A stretch of 64,000 bases of DNA, taken from positions 9,039 through 73,038 of the forward strand of contig OZ244977.1 of NCBI GenBank assembly GCA_965222995.1, read 5' to 3'. The notes under the pieces are model-generated. The model ran no database searches. It was given only the letters and a program-made list of their open reading frames with translations, and was not told the origin of the DNA. The stretch is from Bacteroidia bacterium (GTDB taxonomy: Bacteria; Bacteroidota; Bacteroidia; UBA8524). Shown here piece by piece: positions 57,104-64,000 of this stretch. The stretch's first letter is position 1. The number at the start of each line of letters is the position of its first letter. Both the position numbers and the translations under genes were made by a program.

Positions 57104-60016
57104 ATGATTTCCAAAACACGGTTTTTTATTCTTTGTATTTATTTGCTTGGTGCAAAAACTCTTTTAAGTGTCCACATTCGCGGTGCTGAGATTAGTTATA
57201 AATATTTGGGTAATAATAAATATGAACTAGAGGTAATAACATATAGAGAATGCAATGGACCTGGCTCATTTCCTGTTGGTCCCCCAATAAATTTAAAAGT
57301 TGAATCTTCTTGTGGAACCTCAACTTTTAGTATTACTAATTTAATTCAGGTAAGTGATGCAACAGGGATAGGCAAAAATTGTAGTTTAAAAACACGATGT
57401 AATGGAGGAGGCTCAATTTACGGGGTCGAAAAAAGAATATTTAAAGATACTATCGATCTATCAAATGATACATGTTCTATTTATGAAATATCATATGAAG
57501 GATGTTGTAGGGTTTTAACAACAACTTTTAATATAGCAACAGACACTGAAGTAAAAGTTAAAATTAATAAATTACTCAAAGAGTCATCACCCAAATTCTT
57601 GAACCCACCAGTCTTTTTTTATCCAGTTTCAGAACAACAGTTTCTATCATTCGAAGCAACTGGAAACTCTGATAGTACTTTTGTTTCTTACGAACAATTA
57701 ACTCCAATTACAAAATCTAATCTACAGTATATAAATCCATGGTCGGCAACTAGACCTTTAACATTTCAAACATTCCCAAGAAATTGGGATCAATTCCCGG
57801 GTGGTATTAGATTTGATACTACAGTTGGAAATTTGAGCTTTAAGCCAGTTGTTGTTAATCAAGTTACTCCAATAGTTATTCGAGCAAAAAAATGGAAATT
57901 TATAAATGGCAAGAAACAAATAGTTTCTGAGTCAATAAGAGAGATTATCGTTACAACTACACCCAATGTAAATTCACTACCTAATTTTAATACCTACGAT
58001 AATACTTATATATTTTGTCCCGATACGGGAAGAAAAAGTATAGATATAAATATTCACGATAATGATAGTACTGATAGTTTAAGCTTGCGTTACTACCATA
58101 ATCTTGGAAGTAACTTAATAAGTATAAATGATTCAGGTAGTAGAAATAGTAAAGTCTTAAGGTTAGAATATCTAATTGATTCAAACGTTATTAAAAGAAC
58201 AAAAATTTCTACCTTTACTGTAGAGGCTAACGACAATGTTTGTGATTATAATGGTACTGCAACTAAAGCGTTTATAATAAAGATATTACCTTACCTTCAA
58301 GATAGTTTTTCAATTACTAAAAATTTGAGATGTAGACTTTTAAAGCTAGAAGCAAATAACAATAGTTCAGTAAATAAGCCTATTATAAGTTGGGAGATAG
58401 CTTCAACAAAGGACACTATAATTAGGAGCCAACCCATCACTTCATTTGATTTACCTGATACAGGTTGGTATAAAATACGATTAGAGGTGAGTAGTGATGA
58501 ACATTGCTCAAAAAGGCTCTATTACGACTCTATATACCTATCTCAAGCAGCTTTTTTAGAAATGAAAGCTCCTGCTGATACGTCATTATGTTTCAATCCC
58601 TCAATAAACATACAACCCACAGTTATTAATGGAACTCCACCCATAAACTACAACTGGTCTACAGGCGATACAACACCAACAATTACAGTTTTAGCAACAG
58701 CTCAAGCCAATCAATATTGGGTATCAGTTACAGATGCTAATAATTGTTCAGTCGCTCAAGACACAGTTAATATTTTTTACTACAACCCAAAAGTTAGCCT
58801 TAGTGGTAATAGCGAAGTATGTATAAGAGATACTATTCAGCTTCAAGCCATATTATCAGATACCACAAAGCCCACTTTTGGCTGGGTAGGTTTTAATTCA
58901 AGCACACAGCTAAGCGATAACCCTACCAATAATAAAATCTATACGTTTAGCTTAACAGACTTTGCAGGTTGTAAAATAGATACTACGTGGAATGTCAAGG
59001 TCTACAATCCTAAAATAAAGTTTACACATAATGCGGATGTATGCAGAGGTGATAGTCTTACTTTTTCTGCCCAAGCGGATAGTGGTAAACCCCCTTATTC
59101 TTATAATTGGGTTACTCTTAATAAAATGGGGCAAAGTGTAAAAATAGCTACTCAAGGACTTGGTTTAGGCTTTGTAAATGCTACATTAGAAGTAACGGAT
59201 AGTTTTGGGTGTATGGTTACAGGCTCAACAAAAGCCTTTGTAAAACCTAAACCAACAGTGAGCACAAGTGCTATAGCTTCTAAGTGTATAGCGATCGGGC
59301 AAATAAGCTTAATACCTTATGGTACACCGGCTGGCGGATTTTGGATTGGAAAGGGCGTAGATAGTGCCAGTAGTAATTTAAACCCTCAAATATCTGATAC
59401 GGGAGTGCACTTGTTAGTGTATGTTTATACAAATAATTTTAATTGTACTGATTCATCTGGAACAACAATAAAAATTGAACAAGAAAACAAAGCTGATTTT
59501 GTTGCAAACAAAACTGTTGCAGAGGAAGGGGATACAGTAAAGTTTACCAATATATCGACAGCAAAAGATATAAATAACAGTAAATGGGATTTTGGCGATC
59601 CTAACTCAAGCAATAACACCTTTACAGGCAAAGATGCCAGTCATACTTATAATGACTCTGGCTTATATACCATACAGCTTATTGTAAGCGGGGGAGTTTG
59701 CCCAGATGATACTCTGATAAAAGTAGATTATACCACTATTAATAAAAAATCTACTATTTCTGTAAAGGAGCTTAGCAAAAACGTACTTAAACTTTATCCC
59801 AATCCAGCAAAAGACAAACTCACTATTGAGGCTGAAACGGAAATAGTGAGTATTAAGCTTATTGATGCATTGGGTAGAGAGTATAGGGTGAAGGATGTTA
59901 AACCAGAAACTAAACAAGAAATTAATTTAAGCTCATTTGCTATGGGGGTATATATTATTAAAGCTAAAGATAGTGAAGGATATATATACACTAGCAAAGT
60001 ACAGATAAGTCGCTAA
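57104..60016 (+). CDS. T9SS type A CTD protein, array member 6 (divergent N-domain)
   Basis: VHIRGAEISY, YRECNG, CCRV; middle collinear with member 1; PKD WDFGD; CTD LYPNP. Confidence 0.85.
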   Translation: MISKTRFFILCIYLLGAKTLLSVHIRGAEISYKYLGNNKYELEVITYRECNGPGSFPVGPPINLKVESSCGTSTFSITNLIQVSDATGIGKNCSLKTRCNGGGSIYGVEKRIFKDTIDLSNDTCSIYEISYEGCCRVLTTTFNIATDTEVKVKINKLLKESSPKFLNPPVFFYPVSEQQFLSFEATGNSDSTFVSYEQLTPITKSNLQYINPWSATRPLTFQTFPRNWDQFPGGIRFDTTVGNLSFKPVVVNQVTPIVIRAKKWKFINGKKQIVSESIREIIVTTTPNVNSLPNFNTYDNTYIFCPDTGRKSIDINIHDNDSTDSLSLRYYHNLGSNLISINDSGSRNSKVLRLEYLIDSNVIKRTKISTFTVEANDNVCDYNGTATKAFIIKILPYLQDSFSITKNLRCRLLKLEANNNSSVNKPIISWEIASTKDTIIRSQPITSFDLPDTGWYKIRLEVSSDEHCSKRLYYDSIYLSQAAFLEMKAPADTSLCFNPSINIQPTVINGTPPINYNWSTGDTTPTITVLATAQANQYWVSVTDANNCSVAQDTVNIFYYNPKVSLSGNSEVCIRDTIQLQAILSDTTKPTFGWVGFNSSTQLSDNPTNNKIYTFSLTDFAGCKIDTTWNVKVYNPKIKFTHNADVCRGDSLTFSAQADSGKPPYSYNWVTLNKMGQSVKIATQGLGLGFVNATLEVTDSFGCMVTGSTKAFVKPKPTVSTSAIASKCIAIGQISLIPYGTPAGGFWIGKGVDSASSNLNPQISDTGVHLLVYVYTNNFNCTDSSGTTIKIEQENKADFVANKTVAEEGDTVKFTNISTAKDINNSKWDFGDPNSSNNTFTGKDASHTYNDSGLYTIQLIVSGGVCPDDTLIKVDYTTINKKSTISVKELSKNVLKLYPNPAKDKLTIEAETEIVSIKLIDALGREYRVKDVKPETKQEINLSSFAMGVYIIKAKDSEGYIYTSKVQISR

Positions 60017-60504
60017 AAAACAGGTTTAAACTGCTCAAAGGCTTGCATGCAGTTATTGCAATAATGCATGGCACGGCATAGGGTAGGACCAAAGGGAGTT
60101 TTCATTTCAGTATTGCGGCTTTTGCAATGTGGGCATTCTACATCACTAAGCACGTCAAGTTCTATATAACCTTCTTTTTTCTCTACCGGAGGGGCTAAAC
60201 CGTGTTTTAATAAGGCTTGTTTACCTTTTTCAGTAATTCTATCAGTAGTCCAAGCGACATCAAAAGTGGTTTCTACCTCAATATTCGGTATCTCCATTTT
60301 TTGGAGGCGTTCTTTAACCATATCCTCCATAATACGTAGTGCCGGACAACCGGAAAATGTAGGGGTCATATTCACCTTCACACTTTCACCATTGTCTTTT
60401 ACACTCACGCCTGTAATAATCCCTAAGTCTACCATAGAAATAGTAGGTATTTCAGGGTCCATCACTTCTTCAAGTGCATTCCATATGTCTTTCTCGGTTA
60501 CCAC
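60013..60504 (-). CDS. paaD: Phenylacetyl-CoA epoxidase subunit PaaD (PaaJ)
   Basis: V.DPEIP.IS..DLG, TPTFSGCPA, WTTD.IT..G, CPHC.S..T....FGPTLCR..HYC..C...FEQFK. Confidence 0.93.
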   Translation of the reverse strand: MVTEKDIWNALEEVMDPEIPTISMVDLGIITGVSVKDNGESVKVNMTPTFSGCPALRIMEDMVKERLQKMEIPNIEVETTFDVAWTTDRITEKGKQALLKHGLAPPVEKKEGYIELDVLSDVECPHCKSRNTEMKTPFGPTLCRAMHYCNNCMQAFEQFKPVF

Positions 60505-60585
60505 TGGATTAATGATTATCTTTTATAAGTAACTTTTTAAGTAGTAAAAAGTTCAAATCAGAAAATCTATAAATTAAAAATTCTA

Positions 60586-61344
60586 CTACCACTCTGCACC
60601 GGGGTCAATGCGGAATACTTCCGTCATCTCATCCAATAGCGGTTGTAAATGTTCTGTATGTTGCCCTTTGCGTCCGTCATAAGCAGGTTGCCAAGTACTC
60701 TCAGCAGGCATTTCTAGATTTGCCTTTTTTATTACGGGTGCTATAGCTTCAAGCCAGCGTTCTTGCAAGGCTTTTTCGCCAATAAATACACCATCCGCAA
60801 TTAGTTGGTCTTCGTATTCAGAAGGCTCAAAAATTCCCAAGGCAAGGTTAAAAGTTTCATTCAGTGCAGTTTGCATACGTGCATGGCTTTCTTCGTTACC
60901 TGTACCCAATTTCATTAGGAAGGTATCTGCGTGAAAAACATGGTATTTAACCTCTCCTTTAAATTTACGCACTACTTTACCCAAGGGAGGAAATTTTGTA
61001 TTCGCTAAAGCTTCGAAGCGTAATAAATCGGCGTTATCGTATAAGAAATGGCGTATTAAACTAAAATCATACTCGCCAATAGGATATTCTACTAACTGTG
61101 AGCAGTGATATTGGTTAGCGTTACGCATAAAGGCAACTGTATCAGGATCTTGCTCACCCATTTGGTTTAAAATGGTAAATAATGCTAACGACTGACCAAT
61201 TTTATCCTGAGCCATACTAGAGAAAGCAATATCTTCTTCTAACAAAGGACCAAAACCTGTCCACTCGCTGTTACGGTGACCTAAAATTAGCAGGTCGTCC
61301 GCCATTTTATATAAAAGTTCTTTTATGTGTAGTTGCTCGCTCAT
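60586..61344 (-). CDS. paaC: Phenylacetyl-CoA epoxidase subunit PaaC
   Basis: ADDLLILGHRNSEW.G.GP.LEEDIA, KGEVKYH, G.HTEHL..LL.EM. Confidence 0.93.
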   Translation of the reverse strand: MSEQLHIKELLYKMADDLLILGHRNSEWTGFGPLLEEDIAFSSMAQDKIGQSLALFTILNQMGEQDPDTVAFMRNANQYHCSQLVEYPIGEYDFSLIRHFLYDNADLLRFEALANTKFPPLGKVVRKFKGEVKYHVFHADTFLMKLGTGNEESHARMQTALNETFNLALGIFEPSEYEDQLIADGVFIGEKALQERWLEAIAPVIKKANLEMPAESTWQPAYDGRKGQHTEHLQPLLDEMTEVFRIDPGAEW

Positions 61345-61348
61345 GGTT

Positions 61349-61729
61349 TTATTTGTTGGCTTGTTCTTCTTTATATTTACTAATACGGTCTACCACTTTA
61401 TATACACCCGGCTCGCGATATTGTTTATCAGGTACGGTAGAAAAAATATCATCATCGTCGTAGTCTGTAGCGAAAATATCAGAGGTTTTGGCTACCCACA
61501 TGTTTACGCATACCCCACGGCGACCGTATTGTTCTTTGGCAAAAAGTAACGCCATTTCTGGGTTAGGGGCGTGAAGTGAACCTACATGCTCGTGGTGAGT
61601 TCCACGTTTTTTTTGGGCAAAAACTTCAAAAGTTTGAAACTGATCCATCTCTTGCAAGGGTTGCTCAAACTCTTTATCTCCATCTATTTGTGCGCGTGAG
61701 ACACGCGGGTCTAACGATTTGATTATCAT
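61349..61729 (-). CDS. paaB: Phenylacetyl-CoA epoxidase subunit PaaB, with N-terminal extension
   Basis: FEVF...G..HEHVGSLHAP..EMAL..AKEQYGRR....NMWV, DKQYR. Confidence 0.88.
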   Translation of the reverse strand: MIIKSLDPRVSRAQIDGDKEFEQPLQEMDQFQTFEVFAQKKRGTHHEHVGSLHAPNPEMALLFAKEQYGRRGVCVNMWVAKTSDIFATDYDDDDIFSTVPDKQYREPGVYKVVDRISKYKEEQANK

Positions 61730-61738
61730 AATGCAGTA

Positions 61739-61762
61739 TTAAACTAACGCAAGTTAGTTTAA
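61739..61762. promoter_or_regulatory. Perfect 10-bp hairpin upstream of paaB
   Basis: TTAAACTAAC-gcaa-GTTAGTTTAA, 9 nt upstream of paaB ATG. Confidence 0.4.
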
Positions 61763-61840
61763 CAAAAGTGGAATTGCAAGAATTGTAAAATGTTACTAAT
61801 TGGTTAAGTAAAAACTCTATTTTGCATAAAATAGATTGCA

Positions 61841-62614
61841 ATGAAAAGAGGCGAGAAATTATGGACGAGAGACCAACTAATTATTGCGTTATACTATTAC
61901 TGTAAAACTCCTTTTAATAAAGTAACAGATAGGCATCCATTTGTAATTGAAGCGGCTAATTTGGTAGGTAGAAGTACAGGGGCAATAAAAAGGAAAATGG
62001 GAAACTTAGGAAGTCTCGACCCTGAATTAAAGAAAAGGGGTATAAGAGGGCTTGGCAATAGAAGCAAACTTGATGAGGAGGTTTGGAATTATTATTATCA
62101 AGTAAAATGGTATGGGTTAGCAGAAGATGCAGAACAGTTGATTTCTAATATTAAGGGCGTAGAATTAGAGAAAAGTATAAATATTGATGTATCAGACTTA
62201 ACTGAAGGAAAAGAGAAATTAAGAGAAATAAAGGTTAGAATAAATCAAAATTTTTTTCGTGATACAATATTAGCCTCGTATAATAATAAATGTGCCATAA
62301 CAGGCTTGCCAGCAAAGGAGTTGTTGATAGCAAGCCATATTAAGCCTTGGGGAAAAGATGAGAAAAATAGGCTTAACCCTTCAAATGGAATCTGCTTAAA
62401 TGCTTTACATGATAAAGCATTTGATAGGGGGTTAATTACGATAACACCCGACTATAAAATCAAAGTTTCAGAAAGTATTTTTGATTTAGAAAAAGAAAAA
62501 TCTGTCAAAAGGGATTTTATAAAATACCAAGATAAGAAAATAGTTCTACCTAAAAAGTTTTTTCCAGAGCAAGAGTTTTTAGAGTATCACAACCAAAATA
62601 TATTTAAAGGATGA
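61841..62614 (+). CDS. HNH endonuclease (putative restriction-type)
   Basis: FFRD.IL..Y...CAITGL....LLIASHIKPW......RLNPSNGICLNALHDKAFDRGLI. Confidence 0.9.
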   Translation: MKRGEKLWTRDQLIIALYYYCKTPFNKVTDRHPFVIEAANLVGRSTGAIKRKMGNLGSLDPELKKRGIRGLGNRSKLDEEVWNYYYQVKWYGLAEDAEQLISNIKGVELEKSINIDVSDLTEGKEKLREIKVRINQNFFRDTILASYNNKCAITGLPAKELLIASHIKPWGKDEKNRLNPSNGICLNALHDKAFDRGLITITPDYKIKVSESIFDLEKEKSVKRDFIKYQDKKIVLPKKFFPEQEFLEYHNQNIFKG

Positions 62615-62910
62615 ATAATATAAAAGCCCTACAAGTAGAATATTTAAGACCCAATAGAACAATAGAAACTATTTTGATTACCGATAGAGATGATGAAAAC
62701 TTATCAAAACTTGTTTATGTATATAATTATGAAGGAGTGCATTTCAGAGTTTTTAATGAAATAGCAGAGATTGCAAGTTTTTTAAACGGCAACTATGATT
62801 ATGAACTACTTGCTGAATATTCAACTGAAAGGGGATTAGACAATTTTTTAGAACGGTTTAAACTTGATTTTAAAATCATGCAATCGCTAAGTCCTTTACA
62901 ATTAATGTAA
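62611..62910 (+). CDS. Hypothetical protein coupled to HNH gene
   Basis: ATGA overlap with HNH stop; 99 aa, acidic, no TM. Confidence 0.6.
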   Translation: MNNIKALQVEYLRPNRTIETILITDRDDENLSKLVYVYNYEGVHFRVFNEIAEIASFLNGNYDYELLAEYSTERGLDNFLERFKLDFKIMQSLSPLQLM

Positions 62911-62916
62911 GTAGCC

Positions 62917-62992
62917 TCACTCCACCCACTTCTTAAATAGGGGTGCTTTCGCGGCTAATGTCTATTTGTATTTCGGGTAAGGGTTTTAGGTG
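62917..62992 (-). pseudogene. Relic of the last 26 codons of a LytTR regulator gene
   Basis: 68/78 identical to 63257-63334, with a 2-nt deletion. Confidence 0.85.
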
Positions 62993-63240
62993 CGGTTGCC
63001 AGTCATTCAGAATTTAGTTCGGAATCTGCGGGCAGACAAAACACCTCCCTTTCTCCCTCATTAGTCCTTACATAACCATAGCAAGGAGGGAAACCTCACC
63101 CACAAGCCCTCGTCATTGAGAGGTCTTTCCGAAGAAATCTTTTAACATAATAGGTAACTGATTGCTTCATCAGCCTAAGAATGCTGCTTCGCAATGACGG
63201 TGGGGGTGGTGTCATACTGAACGGAGTCGAAGTATGGAAG
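62993..63240. repeat. Compound cluster of REP-like elements
   Basis: GTCATTCAGAA..GGAATCTG, CCTCCC..GGAGGG, CGTCATTGAG..GCAATGACG, GTCATACTGA: same families as 3314-3633. Confidence 0.75.
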
Positions 63241-63256
63241 TGTTGGAAAAAATAAA

Positions 63257-64000
63257 TCACTCTATCCACTTCTTGAATAGGGGGGCTTTTTCACGGCTAA
63301 TGTCTATTTGTACATCGGGTAGGGGTTTTAGGTGTAGATGTAGTTTGCCTGTGTAGTCGCTTCGGTAATTATCTACAGCATTTATATGTATTATACTTTG
63401 GCGGTTACTGCGGAAAAACTTTTCAGGCGGTAGTAGCTTTTCTATTTCTTCTAGTGCTTCGTAGTGGTTTACAATATAGCGTTTCCCCTCAAAGGTGTGG
63501 GCGTATATTAGTTCATCTCGCATAAATAAGGCAATCTCATCTATCGCCAAAGGCATTAGCGTGTTTTTATAGTGTACGGTAAAACGCTCTTTGTGTTTGG
63601 GTTTGTATAGTTGTTGTACCAAGCCCTCTAGCTGTTGTGTAAGCTGCGGATTAGCTTCGTTCTTGTATATTTTTCGGTATTTTTCTACTGCGTTTTTAAG
63701 GTCTTCTTCTTCTATGGGTTTTAGCAAATAATCTACACTGTTTACTTTAAAAGCTTTAAGAGCATACTCGTTATAAGCTGTGGTAAATATTATGGGACAC
63801 TGTAAATCTGTTTTCTCAAAAATTTCAAAACTGGTGCCGTCACTTAGTTGTATGTCCATAAACACTAAATCGGGAGCAGGGTTATTGTTAAACCATTCTA
63901 CTGCTGTTTTTAAACTATGCAGTATAGTAAGTAGTTCCACATCAGGGCAGCAGCGTGCCAGTTGATTTTTAAGGTCTGTGGCTATAAGTTTTTCGTCTTC
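63257..64000 (-). CDS. LytTR family response regulator (5' end beyond window)
   Basis: Frame open to the edge (EDEKLIATDLK); DLVFMDIQLSDG, IIFTTAY, DYLLKP; LytTR FFRSNRQSII. Confidence 0.93.
   Translation of the reverse strand, partial: EDEKLIATDLKNQLARCCPDVELLTILHSLKTAVEWFNNNPAPDLVFMDIQLSDGTSFEIFEKTDLQCPIIFTTAYNEYALKAFKVNSVDYLLKPIEEEDLKNAVEKYRKIYKNEANPQLTQQLEGLVQQLYKPKHKERFTVHYKNTLMPLAIDEIALFMRDELIYAHTFEGKRYIVNHYEALEEIEKLLPPEKFFRSNRQSIIHINAVDNYRSDYTGKLHLHLKPLPDVQIDISREKAPLFKKWIE

Noticed and set aside
40774-60016. Diversity-generating retroelement or shufflon acting on the array
   Set aside because: No reverse transcriptase or recombinase; no near-identical template/variable repeat pair; paralog DNA differs at many synonymous sites
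60531-60553. Hairpin AACTTTTTA-agtag-TAAAAAGTT between paaC and paaD
   Set aside because: All-AT stem that easily arises by chance in AT-rich spacers; no further support

Overview
Chromosomal segment of a Bacteroidota bacterium, judged from TAnnTTTG -7 promoter boxes, T9SS C-terminal domains, gldA and a Bacteroidota-type ccm operon. In order it holds: ccmC-D-E-F(5' part); housekeeping and metabolic genes (dcd, WD40 protein, PPTase, DHFR-like, Ldh_2 oxidoreductase, LutA-like, amidohydrolase, metallophosphoesterase); a cluster of six GT-C-like polytopic membrane proteins plus a GT2; polA; arsR-arsC-like-acr3; a sigma54-type activator-lptE-TPR cluster; gldA; a 19-kb array of six paralogous T9SS-secreted proteins sharing a Cys-rich N-terminal domain I cannot assign; paaB-C-D; an HNH nuclease two-gene cassette; and a LytTR regulator cut by the window edge. 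No tRNA, rRNA, CRISPR array, integrase or transposase was seen. Best leads: (i) the T9SS array and its duplicated intergenic element, which conserves an antisense-facing ECF-sigma-like promoter (AAGCAAC-N17-CGTC) back-to-back with a sense GCAAC-N16-GGTTTCTT motif; (ii) the same motif upstream of other envelope genes; (iii) the GT-C cluster; (iv) a diverged, frameshifted relic of the LytTR 3' end beside the HNH cassette; (v) an Ig-like insertion in CcmC. All annotation is by eye from motifs; no searches were run.
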